Below, one piece after another: positions 38,352-51,811 of a stretch of DNA of 64,000 nucleotides. Numbering within the stretch: the first letter of the stretch is position 1; every line of letters begins with the position of its first letter. The notes under the pieces were generated by a model. That model ran no database searches. It saw nothing but the letters and a program-made list of their open reading frames with translations, and had not been told where the DNA came from. The translations under genes and the position numbers were made by a program. Where the stretch lies: positions 171,122,001 to 171,186,000 of the forward strand of contig NC_058368.1 of NCBI RefSeq assembly GCF_018350175.1. The letters are read 5' to 3'. This DNA comes from Felis catus. Lineage: Eukaryota.

Positions 38352-39446
38352 GTAAGAAGTATGTATATTACAAAGTTATCATGCAGAATCTAATTTCTCT
38401 TTGCGCTAAACAGCTTTATTATTCTATTATACATGCTCATGAATATTAATGTTAGATCCTTTGACACTTAATGGACAAAAAATAAAGCCCAGAGCTCCTG
38501 TGTGTTTTCACAAGAGACCCAGTCAGCAATGCTCACATTGAAGCAAGTTACTCATTTGTTTCTCCCTCTTATTCTCAGTTGCAAATAGTTTGAGGAGTAT
38601 TTGGGGTAGGAGATTAGGACAGGATCACAGCTACAACCTTTGACCCCATTATTTCCTTTATCTCCCTATGTTTTTTCCATTTTAACTCCACAATTTCAAC
38701 ATTTTTTTTTATTCTTTTCGTGTGTAACGTATATCTCTGTTTCTAGAATATGCCAAAGAATAGGAAATATGTATGTGATCGGTTCACATACAGAGACACA
38801 TGCAGCATTCTTGATAACAAGCAATAGAGAACACTCTGATTTGTTGAAACAGAGGGATTTTTGGTAGTTCACAAATCTCTAGGAGAGCCAGAGAAGCAGG
38901 CTCAGATATTACCTCGCCAGGAACAAAGAAGTTAGGAAAAATGCCCAGTTCATGCCATAGACTGTTCTAGTAAACCAATGCAACTGCAGCCCGAAACATA
39001 GCACTGAGCATGCTTGCATATGAACACCACAACTTCTACCACAGTAATTCCAGAAGAACCAGCCTCTAATTCCACGATGCATGTCAAAACTATTTTCTTT
39101 CCAAGGCCAGGTTCTTAAGTTTCTCATTTTAATATTCAAGTCTCCTCCAGAGCCAACTGATTGGTGGCACCTAGGTCACATGGGCACATTCTGATTGCAA
39201 GGGAGTATGGAATTCTAACCCTTAGCTTTCCAGCCTCTTTAGTGGAAGGCAAAAAGCTGGAAAAGGATTAAAATGTATACTGAACGAGTCCATCTTCAAA
39301 ATACATTCCAATACCCAATCAGTATTTGTTGGATTTCTTTTACAGTACTTAGGATTTATTTTCTTATTTTAAGATGTATTCTTATGCACTAGAATGAAAA
39401 TAGAAAATGTATAGTTTCTTGAAAGCTGATTTTCATTGCTTGTTAG

Positions 39447-39593
39447 TAGCTGGCTTTCCCATGCTCAGTGGGAAAACGTCATGATTGATATTATCTTCCT
39501 TATATATTGAACGATCATTACCACTCTAAATATGTGAATATAATAGAGCTTCACTACTGGAAAAATGGGTACTACTGCATCATAGTTATCAAT
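39447..39593 (+). pseudogene. Dynein pseudo-exon, AAA5-AAA6 linker region
   Basis: SWLSHAQWENVM(fs)ILSSL...HYWKNGYY, cf. SWLxDxxWDNIxELxxL...WxxWY; gtaaga donor. Confidence 0.75.
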
Positions 39594-39732
39594 GTAAGAG
39601 ATGAACACTTTTGGTTTGCTTCCTACATATATTTGTAGTTTAGGGTCAGGGAACCTTGAAGGTCAATATGTTTGCCACCAGAAGGGGTGTGATGGGATGC
39701 TAAAATTCTTAATTCCACTTCCATAATACTTA

Positions 39733-40420
39733 GCATGAAGACAAGGGTCACTGGCAGAGTCAAAGATGTTTTACAAGATGGCCACTTGATGCCTAAGATA
39801 CTGAAAAATCAAGCTACTCCTCCAAAGTGACAAGGTTTTCCATTTACTATCCTTTTCTAGAGTATGGCCATGTCAGTTGACCTTCAAATACTATGCATCT
39901 TCTAGAGATTCAGTACAGTGCCAAGCTCATAAGAAGTATGTTTTGCAAGGAGGTACTTTCAGAAAACATTTCAAATAGTGCTTCCATAAGTATATTTTGT
40001 TTTTATTGGTAACTTGACACAAAATATCTATTTCCTTTGGATATTTATTTTTTAGACAATAGGTGAAGAGAAAAGTTGACATGTACATATGTATGGGTGG
40101 GGGGAGATGTGCTGTATTTGGTCACATAGTAAGAATATTATAGAAAAAATGCAGTTAATAAACTATGACCTACGCATCTCTTAAAAAAATACACAAACAT
40201 TCAATTTCCTAAAACAATGTTCACCTGCTGTCCCTTGGATGACTTCAGCTTAATTTCACACTTAATAACCTTCAAGATTAGAGTGCTTAATTAACAGCAG
40301 TTACTGCTGATTGCTTTGGAAATGAAAAATGGATATCTAATATAAAGTCATTAATATTATACTTGATGGATTGGTGTTATTATTCACAATAATCCAGAGT
40401 CTTGGGCCCTAATCTATAAC
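39733..40420 (+). pseudogene. Two weak dynein pseudo-exons leading into AAA6
   Basis: VFHLLSFSR and RLECLI..VTADCFG..GLVLLF, cf. FxxLLxxRxxRPDRxxxA..LG and PLIFILS; weak. Confidence 0.35.
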
Positions 40421-40479
40421 ATGATAAAATGAAATACTTATTGCTTTAAGGAAACAAATTGGGTATCATAAAGATATTA

Positions 40480-41110
40480 ATGCATTCAACAAATATTGAA
40501 GAAGTGCCTCCTATATGCCAAGGACTGTAGTAGGCAGTGGGGCTACCGTAATAAGACAAGTTTCCTCCAGAAGGTCACAGTCTGGTGGACAATACAGGCA
40601 TAGACACTGTTCTAATATGGCATCATAATCAATGTGCATATGATACTATGGGAGCACAGACTGCTGGTTAGAGAGCTGTATGGAGGGGAAGACAGCTGGG
40701 CTTGAACCAAGTAGTTTTCCAGGCAAAGACAAAGTCATTCAAGGCAAGGAAATAAAGGCAAACTGGCATGAAAGGGGATGGTGTATTTTGGGAAAAACAT
40801 GTAATTCTGTGTGTAGAACATTGGGTACATGTTGGAGAGACACAGGGATGAGGTTGCAAAGCAGACTGTGTCCTGCTCGTGAAGAACGTTAAATGTCATG
40901 CAAAAGAGTTCAGACTCTCCTTTTGCAAAGGGAGCCCAAAGGAGAGTTTTCAAGCAGTGTAGTGACATAATCAGATTTATATTTCATAAATGGAACTCTG
41001 GCAGCCACATGGAGGAGGAATTGGCAGGGGAAAAGCCTGGAGTCAGGGAAACTAGCTAAGACTCTATTTCAGAAGACCAAATGAGAGATGATTATCTTGA
41101 ACCTGTTCCT
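40480..41110 (-). mobile_element. L2 3' portion
   Basis: cattcaacaaatattga..gcctcctatatgccaagg; ttttcaagcagtgtagtgacataatcagattt. Confidence 0.75.
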
Positions 41111-41429
41111 CAAAGATAGTCTGACACCCACTGGCCCATAGAGACAATGTTTCTTGATACTTCTGTCTTCTTTCCAATTTCCACCCACATGTATCAAGTT
41201 TCCTTTGGGTTTTGACCTTTGATTCCAGATTCTGTCCCTTTACATCCATTCTTTCTGGCTTCTAAGCTTAGTTCTCCCATCAAAATTCTTGCCTCACAAT
41301 GAACAAACTCAGAGAAAAGACCTAGTAACTACCTGGTGTCTGACCTCGTGAGTCCAGACCTTACCTGAACTTGACTCCTTACTTGAACACCCCATTCATC
41401 TTGCTAATCCTCTTTGTTAGAGGAAAAAG

Positions 41430-44400
41430 GATCTGAGTGTTAAATATCTACTTAATTTGTCCAACCCATTCCTGCCCCTTTAAACTCAGCTACCTCACCC
41501 ACATACTAAGCCACAGGCTACACAAACCCCCATGGGAAATCATAGGTAAGTTGCTGATACTATGTATATTGGCTCCTGCTGCCCTGGATTGAATTTACAA
41601 TGCTGTGGAAGGTAACTCACTAGAGGATGAGAAATTTATGAGAATCTAGATAAATTCTTATGATCAGACTTAGAAAACTCTACTAAATCTTATGTCAAAA
41701 TCAGGTGAAAACTTAAGAGATGTTATCAAGACAATCAAATGCCCAGATCAAGATGGACTGCTTAAAAAAAAAAAAAAAAAAGTGCCAAAGAATCAAGCCC
41801 AAGTCAGGCAAAGGATAGTAATCTCACATCCCATGCCAGAAAACAATGTGACTGTCACTGCTGGGCCAAAAGGTATCCGAAGCTGAAACAGATGGTGTCA
41901 CTCATGTGGATCTCATCTTCTGATACCGAGCACTAGGCAGGCCCAAAATATAAGAAGTTCATTTGATTGACCCATGAGCCACCACCACAACACTCTAATC
42001 TGAAAGTTAATACAAAGATGTATTTACTGACACAGAGCCATTCTCTCCCTCCATGCCCCTGATCTCTCCTTTTCCCTCTAGCCTAAGCTACTTTAAGAGA
42101 AAGTAACAGGGCTGTGGCCAAGATCACTTTGTCTCCAATGGTTAGATATATCCATTTAAGTATGCTGGGAAATTTTAGGGAGGAAGAAGGACTCAAACTT
42201 TTATGGCTCTGTTGGATATAGGTACCCAGTTCACCATCCTACCAATCCTATGAGGAATGGGGCATTAGGACTCTACTAATAAGGATTGGTAGGACTCACA
42301 GTGGAGAAGGGAAACTAATGTGACTTTATGGGTGGTGCCTTTTGGACCAATTCAATGTACTGCTATTGCTGCTTCCACATCTGAAACTACAATAAGAACT
42401 GATATGTTATATGTTTGTACTTCCCAGTTTCTCAAATGCCAGAAGGAATTCTGATCAGGAAGAGTAAAGAAATGCAGGTGAAACACATAAATTGCTATCC
42501 AACCATCTCTCAAGCCCATCCCAAGTATGGCCCAATGACCTTAAAGGCCCATTTGAACTGCAAGTCTCTGTGCCTGATGATTTTGCCTACTGAAGCCTGT
42601 GGCAAAGGGTACCTCCACCTAGAAGCACCCCTGTGGTTCTGGATTCATCATTTCCCTGACAAGCTACTGGCTAGATCCTTTTTGAAAAGCAGCTATTAGC
42701 TTGCTACTGGTATCTTGTTGACACTGAACATCTGACCCACAGAGGTCTTATAACTCTCCAGACTGATTATCCCATTTGAAGGTGGGTTGACACAGACTCA
42801 GTGACTAAGAACATATGAATGGTACATCAAGCCTCACATATCAAACCATAATGGTACATTCAAGAACACAGCCAGCCTTGCCCAAGCAGGATTTTGGCTT
42901 CATACAAAGAAATGGCAACTGCCCTCCTGAGGTAAACTTTATTCCCAACTATACTGCCTAAAGCAAAGCCACTAGCTCAGTGGAATCTTCAATGCACAGA
43001 GGCTCCCCTAAATGACTGGGTCTGGTTCAATGATGACTCAGCTAAGCTAAAACCAAATGGTGTTCCCTATGCTGCTGTGATTCTTCAATCTCAGTGCCAT
43101 TAATGCAGAACCAAAAATGGACATGGTCACTATCCTCAATGCTTAGGACTCAAGCCTTTTCTTACAGTTTTGACCATTCTTCCCTTTCAGGAACCATGTT
43201 TTATGTTTATTCACTCTTGGGCTATTGCCAATGACTTAGCTGTTTTGTCAAACATCTGGGTCACTCATAGAGAAACCCACAGTAAGGGCTTGCTCTTTGA
43301 TGAGACAAACTAGAGTCAAGCTGCTAGTGGAGCCTGCACCAAACAGACTGCTACTACTTCTGTGTATATGTGTGATCTTACTAGATATGGCAATACGCCC
43401 ACCATCATAGACTGAACAAAAAGAACATTTTATTCTGAAGCCAAGGTTACTATTGCATGCTCAAGTCATGACTCTTGACAAAGGTTGACCTGTTTGTCAA
43501 GGTGAAGGAAGCCACACCATATATACAATGGACTCCATCTGTTCCTTGCAAACTGACTACATTGGACCTTTTATTCCCTCTTGGGGCTCTTGGTGATTCC
43601 TCTCTTCTGCTGACACTTTTATAGATTCCTGTGTTACTACTATTCCAGTCCCATCAGCCAACTCTGGTCACACCCCTGTGGTTCTTGAAACAAATCTGTG
43701 CCATGTTTTCAGTTTTTCAGAGTCTGACAATACATGACTTTTATTGGAAAAAAAAAAAACACTCAACAATGAGCTAGTTGTCGAAGTATTTGATGGGCCT
43801 TTCACTCTCTCTACCATCCAAAGATATTCTGTATGGTGAAGTGTTGGGATGACCTTCTCAGAAAACAACCCCAAAAGACTTATGGCTACCTGTCTCGTCT
43901 CCTGTTCCATGCACTTTATCAAGAGAGTTTGTTCACTAAATGTGGCTGTCACCAGAAGGGATTCATCGTCTTTCAGACATTTCCTGGGTAATAATCAGGA
44001 AGAAAAGGGGCAGACTGTTATGGAGATCTATTTTGAAAATTTGGGATTTCATCCTGACTATTCCTCAACATGACAACTTTTCTTTCCCCTAATGGCAACC
44101 TCAGGGCAACCTGGTTGGTACACCCTCTTGGCAGCAGCCAGACAAAGAGACCTAGTAAATTCAAACTTAATTCTGGTGCCACCATCTGATTCTCTTTTGG
44201 ATTTGATGGTTCTAGATCATAAGGATAATGGCCACCTGGTTGAGTACACTGCTTGTCAAGTGGCCCATGCAGGCCAAAGTGGTGGACATAAAGCATTTCT
44301 GTAAGTTTTAGAAGTCTTTACTTTCTTGCATTAAAACCCTCTAGATGAAAATTCTAAGGGTAAGGAAGGTACCCTTATCTGGTACCAATTTCTGGATTTT

Positions 44401-45800
44401 TTTCTACTGGAATGAGGCATACTCATTTTTTGGCAATGGAAGGATAGCCACAACCCTCACCCCAGGAAAATGAATACCTTAGACCTTGGTAGGTACAGGA
44501 GAAAGAGGGACATTAGTGATCTTCATCTTTCGGAACCACTCTGGAGCCTTCCTTAGGAAGGAAAATGTCCTAGTACAGCTCACCATGACTGCTGGAAGCA
44601 TTTTACATTTAACTAGCTGCTCGGTCTGCCATTCCCCACCAGATGGTTCTGACCTTGATTTAGTTACCATTCCTTTCACCTCACTAAGAAATCTCAAAAA
44701 CAGCAGAGGAAGGTCCCAGCAAAATACTTTCTGGTACCTTCAGATCCTTTAACCACTCCCATTGCCATAGCCAATACTCAATAATTTCATGGGTTGGACA
44801 AATGCCACATTGGTGGTGCCATGGACAAATAGACCAAGGTGAAATCCCTCGGGCAGTTTTTCTAAAAGCAAGGATTAGACACAATTACTGTAAATACACT
44901 TGGAACCCTAAGCTGGCTAGGAGGGCACACTGGAGGTACTATCAACCTGTGCCTGACAAAAAGTAGGTCTCACTTGGTGGGCCCAGTGATTGTAAACAAC
45001 ATTTATACAACATGTACTTCTTTGTGGAAACCAGGCAAAAATTTGCATACTTCCCTAAAACACAATGTTTTGCACCTTAGAGATGGTCAAAAGAGACCTG
45101 AAAGTGTTTAAAGAAACACCACCTCTAGATCATGTAGCCTTCAGACAACTGTGAAGATCTCTCCAAAATAAGGTTATTTTTAGTTTCTCAGGGAAAATTC
45201 TCAAGAGGGACAACGGACTTGCTATTTATTGGCAGCCTCAGGATGGTTTTTTCTACAATGGGGATCTTTCAATTATAAAAGACAATGCAAAAAGTTCCAC
45301 CTGACTTTAGCTGTACTGATCAATGAAACCATTTTGGCACTAGAAGGCATTTGGGTCAGTCTCAAATCATAGGCCAGAATTGGTGTGGATGACAGACTTG
45401 TCCTAGACTTCCTTCCTCCCTGCAGGTCAAGATGAAATATGTCCAATCACTAATACATTCTGCTGTACCTGGTCTAATGCCTCAGGCTTAACAATTTAAG
45501 GAGAAACCACCTGACTTTCTATAGCAGACAGGAGTGGTTTATAGGATTTATAAAGCTAGGTGAGTCTGAGACCCTGGGGGCACAACTCAAGTTAGTGCTG
45601 CAGGACATCCTCATCCTGTTCCTGGAAGTCCTAATGATAGTAGCTCTAATTAAATGCTTTATACAACTACTTGACAAATTTGGTCCCAGCCGGTCTCAAT
45701 CAGATTAATCAGAGTAGTTGATGGAGTGGCACACTCATGGGAAAATTCACCAGAAGCCAAGGCAGTATAGAAATGCAGTCTAGGTATTAGTGGGAGACAC
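41430..45800 (+). mobile_element. Decayed ERV internal region: class III-type pol remnants plus env TM remnant
   Basis: Protease FMALLDIGTQFTILP (42200), FEKQLLACYWYLVDTEHLT (about 42680), RNase H WFNDDSA (about 43020), integrase LQTDYIGP (about 43545), env DDRLVLDFL..AGQDEICPITNTFCCTW (about 45390-45475). Confidence 0.9.
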
Positions 45801-46422
45801 TATTCTGTGGGTTTCAAAATGTCTTGTGAGCAGATTTACTATCTTTGCTTCAGATTATCTTTTCCAGGATAATTGTATATGTTTATATAGGAGACAGCCT
45901 TGGAAGATAGAGATACTATCTCCCTCTAGAGAAAGAGCAGGCAGCCTTACTGCTAATTACGAAAGATTTAAACTCCTGGGGTGCCTGGGTGTCTCAATGG
46001 GTTAAGTGTAAACTCTTGATTTCTGCTCAGGTCATGATCTCACAATTTGTGGGTTCAAACCCTAGATTGGGCTCTGTGCTGGCAGTGTGGAGCCTGCTTA
46101 GAATTCTCTCTCTCCCTTTCTCTGCCCATCTCTCTCCCTCTCTCAATATAAATAAACTTTAAAAAAAAAAGATTTAAATTCACTAGACTTTGAGTTCCTC
46201 CTCTATTACACCAACACTCTGTGAAGGCAGATGTCACCTGGTCTTCTGTGTGGCCTTCTACCTGTGGGATTAGTGCCAGAGATGATACTCTGGCCACTGC
46301 TATTGCAGTGATAAGTTCTTTGACCCTAACCCACAAGTTTCATGTCTTCTGTACCCAACCATGGAGCTAACTCATAAGATCACAAGTATGGTAAAATTTC
46401 AGACCCTTCACAGTTCTTAACA
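45801..46422 (+). mobile_element. 3' LTR of the ERV (MER76/MER77-like), interrupted by a CAN-SINE at about 45977-46170
   Basis: Follows a purine-rich tract; ends ggtaaaatttcagacccttcacagttcttaaca. Confidence 0.7.
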
Positions 46423-47027
46423 GCTACATCATGGCAATTTGGCAGATTCATTACCAAACACTGTGACACTCATTAATCATGTCATTGATCTCCCTGATCC
46501 TTCCAAAAGTAGAACCAGGCATCCTGTAGTTGAAGAACCAAGACATAAAATAGTTATTTTCAACTAAAATATTTTAAGTGTCAGGAAAGATTGACAGCAG
46601 GTCATAGATCAATGTAAGGAAATGACAAATGTGAGAATATCTGGAAGCATATCCAAGCTATTAAACTATTTTATAGTACCATGATACATTCCAGCTGTTG
46701 CAGTCATCCCTTTCCCTCTTCATGTACTTTTTCTATTTATGCATATACTTAGCATAATCAAGTTGAAAAGGTATTGAGTAAAATATCGGGACACCTGAGC
46801 TCAGGTACTGGTTTTGCCAATTACTGGCTATGGGACCTTGGACAGGTTACCTCCCACTACTCTGGACTCAGATTCTTCATCTTTAAAATTGAATTGGGGT
46901 GGGCAAAATGAATGGGTTTTGCTAGGCAATTTTAAATAATTTTTCCCTAGTTCTTATTTCCAATGAACACTAGAATTTGTAGCCAAGATGGATAATTATT
47001 AGGTTTTTTTTTTCCTTTTTGTTTTAG

Positions 47028-47253
47028 CAAAAGGTTCTGACACTGGAATAACGATTTTCACAACCATCTACTTGTCTTTGCCCTTGTGAGCAAGATCTGT
47101 TTTAACCCTCCTTGACTTAGGGTTTATATTCCAAGGAGGTACCTCCTGTGAAATGAAAGAGAGGAACATTCTTTGAACAGAAGGTCTTTTCATTTGCTGC
47201 CTTCACCACACACAGCCATCTTTCCTTTGGCCAGCATACTACATAAACAGGAA
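47028..47253 (+). pseudogene. Dynein pseudo-exon, AAA6
   Basis: Long polypyrimidine acceptor; RF*HW(fs)IT..LPL*ARSV..EVPP, cf. FRLWITxEP..FPxxILQxSxKxxxEPP. Confidence 0.6.
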
Positions 47254-47409
47254 AGTTAGTTGATTTCCTATTCAATACATGACACAACCTTGCCAAGGTC
47301 ATGTTGTCCTTGCCAGAGCTGCTACAGGAGGAGCACACCCATTGGCTTGGACTACCATAGGGTTTTTCCTGGGCATAGTACAGTAGCTATAGATAATGAG
47401 ATAGTTAGT

Positions 47410-48600
47410 GTCATTTGTTCATTCATTTGTCTATTCAGTTAGAGCTTTTAGGACCTACTACAGCCAGCCACTGGGGATACACATATTATTAATAGGATCT
47501 TGAACCTTCCCACAAGGACCCCACAATCATTTGAGGGAGGCAGCTCTGACAGGTACAAGACAGCTGATACTAGATGAAATTATAGCAGGAAAGAACGACC
47601 AGCTCTTCTGTGGGAGTCTTAGAAGGCTTCCCAGAGGGAGTGCTTTAGCTGAGACTGAGAGGCAAAAGATGAGGTAAAAATGAGTGGATATTCAATCAAA
47701 GGAAAGAACTATAAAAACAAGAAAGAGAAGTGAACCAAAAGAGGTTCAGATATTTCAGTACAGCTGGAACATAGCTTTAGGGGTGCAAGTAACAGGAGGT
47801 GAAGATGGAAAGGCAGGTTAGGAGTTTGCAAACAAGAAGGGAAGGGGGAGGGGCTTAAAGGTTTGAAACACTTGATCTTATCTATATGTTGAGTAGAAGA
47901 GTGAATGGAATGGCTAAAGATAAAGGAAGGGAGATTGCTGAATTAAGATCCCAGGGAAATTAGGAGATGGTTTCGAGACAGAAGATGAGTGTAAAGCTAG
48001 TCTGAGATTAAAAAGGGGTCTCTTCCCATTAGAAAGACACACAAAGAGAAAATAGATAAAGATGAGAATAAATTTGATACAGAAGTGTGGAAAGCCAAGA
48101 CCATAAGCATCCTGGTCCAGAGGTGGGTAGGAGATAAGGTTCCTGCAGTCTGGGTGGTCAGCAATTCATATGCTTATTCATTCGGTCCTTCCTTCCTTCC
48201 TCCATTCAAAAATATTTACTGAATACAGAAATACAATGATGGGATCCTGATCCTCCTTCCCAAGAATTTACAATCTCATTCAGATAAAAGAACACAAACC
48301 ATGGTAGGTAGTAGCTTCTTAGTGTATGACTAGAATGAATAATGAATAAATTAATAAATCCCACAAAAAAGGCTGAGATGAAATAGAATAGAAAAAGAAA
48401 GGGATATTTTTAGGTGTGTATGGGCCCTGAGGGATGGGTGGATCTGAATGTACACAGACTGCTAGGGGGTTGGAAGGGTCATTTATGCAAAAGGAATACA
48501 TGAGCAAAATTCTGGAGGTAGAAAAGGTAGGAGCTAACAAGGGGAATGGCAAATGTATTCTTAGGAATGTGCAACAAAATAAAATTTGGAGCTAATAACA
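47410..48600 (-). mobile_element. L2 fragments
   Basis: ttcattcatt / cattcaaaaatatttactgaa tails and purine-rich L2 body. Confidence 0.6.
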
Positions 48601-49259
48601 GAAGCCTTTCTTTCTTTACGTTTCCTTTGGCACTCTACATCAAAATTAGTGTTATTTATTGCCTTGGGCAGGAGAAAAAACACCTGAAAGAGTAGAAATG
48701 TGTGGTGAGGAAGAGGAAGACAACCTCTTGAACTTTTAAGAGCCTCAGAGTTGAGGAAGAGAACATCCTAAATTTTCTTCTGTCCCAGGAGAGGTTGGCA
48801 TTGGTTGTCAATGCATCACTAGACCCAGAAATTCCCAGCAGCTGGGAGAGAGAGGACACAGAGTGGTCTACAAAGACCTGGTGACAAAGGAACAGACAGA
48901 GCATGGACATGTTAGTTGTGGGTTCCACTGAAAAAAGGCATCCCGTGTTTTGCAAAACTTTGGCATCTCGTGAGTAAAGAAGACATCAGTTTCTGGAATG
49001 AAACACTCCTTCTACCCTAAACCCCAAGTCTGTACCATCTTTGGAAAAAGGAAAGGATTGAGGGAAAGGAAACAGGCCTAAATTTGATTGTATATTAACC
49101 CAGTCAAAGCTAAGAAGAATCCAGAAGGGACAAAGTTTATTTGACTGGAAAGCTTTTCTGACATCAGTGGAAATTCAGGTTGCTTATAGGAATATAAAAT
49201 TCCATTTTTTTACCCCTAAGTTTATGACTAGGAAATTCAGTTAGCATTACAAGTAAATA

Positions 49260-50840
49260 AAGAAAAATCATGACTCTAAGCATAAGATCTTGGTTTCTAA
49301 ATACATTTCCTAATACAAGGAGCCAGAGCTTTTTGGAGAAATGATTGATTTAAAATCTGAGCAAGAGAGTACAAGGTGAGTCTGGGATATATGACTGTGT
49401 CAGAAAGCAAGAGAGCTTTCTAGGATTGATGAGATTGTGGCAAAAGGACACTGGAACCATATTGAAGGGGCTCCCATGGCCCAAGGTGTGAAAATTCAAG
49501 CATCAAAAAGAATTATGGCTGGAGTTGATTGAAAGATATTCTGTATATGAAAATACAACCCATGAGTTTATAATGATATTCAAGAAAGAGAAACCCATAG
49601 AAAAGTAATTTCTCATCATTTGTGATGGCTATTAAATCAATTCCTTACTTTGAAAATTGCTTATTAAAGCAAAGAGCTAATTTAGCCCACCTTTCCAATG
49701 AGCATTCACAGTAACCAAATGCCCTGAGTTAAATAGGAAAACTTTATAGAATAATGACAATTATGTCTAAGGAATGCCAAAATTGGACATCAGCTACTTT
49801 ACAATTTCTGATCAAATGATTTACTCAAGCAAGGATTATTAATTGCTGTTGAAACCATTTGGTAAATTGTTGGTAAGAAACTGGACATTCTTACTGTGGC
49901 AAATTAACATGATGTGAATTATTTTCTGGTCATGAAGAGAAAAAACGTAATTTTATCATGGAAAAATCAGAGGGTTATCTCCTCGATCCAGTGGTCAGAC
50001 TCTAAATCACTAATAGTGTACAGGATGATAATTTCTACTTCCATATGAAGTATCTCTACAATGTAATCTTGCTGGGAGGGTTCAACTTTAGCCTGATAAA
50101 ATCTGTGCAGCCTACTTTCTCAATTACAGAAAATACAGAGCCTTGAGCAGAGCTACCCAAAAGAAATAAAATGTTGTCACATATTTCTTTTTAATTTTAT
50201 CTAGTAAGCATACTTTAAAAAGGTAAAATGACACAGTAAAATTAGCTTTAGTAATTAATACATTTAATCTAGCCCAACATATATAAAATACTGTCATTTC
50301 AATGTGCAATTGATAATAAAAATAATGATTATCAATAATAATAAAAATTAATGAGATAATTTACATTCTTTTTGTTTGTACCAGATCTTCTAAATTTATG
50401 TGGATTTTACACTGCAGCACACCTCAACTCAGACTAACTACATTTCAAATGCTCAATAGCTAGTGGCTGCCATACTGGACAGCACAGGACTAGAGGAATA
50501 AGTTAAACAACACTGTGATGGTTAGTTTTATGTGTCAACTTGGCAAGGCTACATAGTACCTAGTTGTCAACCAAAAACTAATGTAGGTGTTGCTGTGGAG
50601 ATATTTGATAGATGTGGTTAACATCTACAATCACTTGACTTTAAGGAAAGGAGATTATTCTTGATAACGTGGGTGGGCGTCATCTAATCAGTTGAAAGGC
50701 ATGAAAATCAAAACTGAGGTTTCCTTGAGGAGGAAGCTCCCACCTGAGAGTTTCTAGCCTGCCAGCTTGTCCTATAGATTTCATATCTGCCAGCCCCCAC
50801 AATTCTGCAAATCAATTCCTTGAGGTGCATCACACACACA

Positions 50841-50895
<55 letters not shown>

Positions 50896-51120
50896 ATATC
50901 TATAAAATATCTATATACAATCTATGTTTACATCTATACATATTACAAATGAGCTCTAAAGGACATATTGGAGACAACTGGAAAATTCTGAATATGGACT
51001 TAAATAATTAAGGAGGCACTGTCAATTTTGATGAGGTGGGATATTATAAATGTATCAATGGAGGAGAATGTCCGTATTTTTTAGAGATGTTTTCTGAAGT
51101 ATTTAGGAATGAGATATCAT
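49260..51120 (+). mobile_element. Old L1MC/ME-like 3' region with nested MER33-like (about 50148-50489) and MLT2-like LTR (about 50514-50892)
   Basis: ccagagctttttggagaaatgattgatt; catttcaaatgctcaatagc..tggacagcacag; tgtgatggttagttttatgtgtcaacttgg. Confidence 0.75.
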
Positions 51121-51123
51121 CAG

Positions 51124-51250
51124 AGACAATGGCTCTACATTATACTCTGTTGACTAAATTTACATGAAATCATATACTTCAGTAAAATGAAGAAAATATA
51201 TCTAGTCCTCATCCTCAATGACATATATTACGTTATCTGTAGCATAACAA
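51124..51250 (+). pseudogene. Dynein pseudo-exon, AAA6 small subdomain
   Basis: LYIILC*LNLHEII, cf. LxFxLxxFHA(I/V)(I/V)QER; directly abuts an L1 fragment. Confidence 0.45.
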
Positions 51251-51706
51251 GTATTTGTTAACAAAGTTTTAGCTTAACATTTAATAGAGTTTTACGGAAT
51301 GATCAATTGATTTAAAAAAATTAAATAGGACGCAATCTAAAGCATGATGCAGTTAACTCACGAGCTGGGGGGCCAGGAGGCACTATACTTCCTGAGTGTG
51401 GAGGCCAATGACCAGAGTCATAGGACACCATGTGGATGATTTAAAGTGTGAGTTTTTCCCATTTTTCCCATGTGTCCATATGACTGACATCCAGGGAGAG
51501 ACACCACGCCTCAGAATGACTCTTTCAAATTAGCTATCAAACCAGTATTTTGGTTTTCTGTATGGTTTCTTAAGAGTGCAAATGTCCCGGCCAAGTTACA
51601 GTATGTTCTTACCAAAATTTTCCCATACAACTAAAATGACAAGATATTTTTCCTTCCTTTCCTGTCATTAAATTGTAATGAAATGTTGATGGTCTTGCTC
51701 TTATAG

Positions 51707-51811
51707 TTACCATCATCACTATGGTGATACTGTATACATTTCAAAAGAAGAAAACCATAGCAGTCCAGTGTATAACATTATTTTATAAAGGTCCTCTATC
51801 AGAAGTAGAAG
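51707..51811 (+). pseudogene. Dynein pseudo-exon, AAA6 small subdomain
   Basis: cttgctcttatag acceptor; HYGDTV, cf. xYGGRV. Confidence 0.45.
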
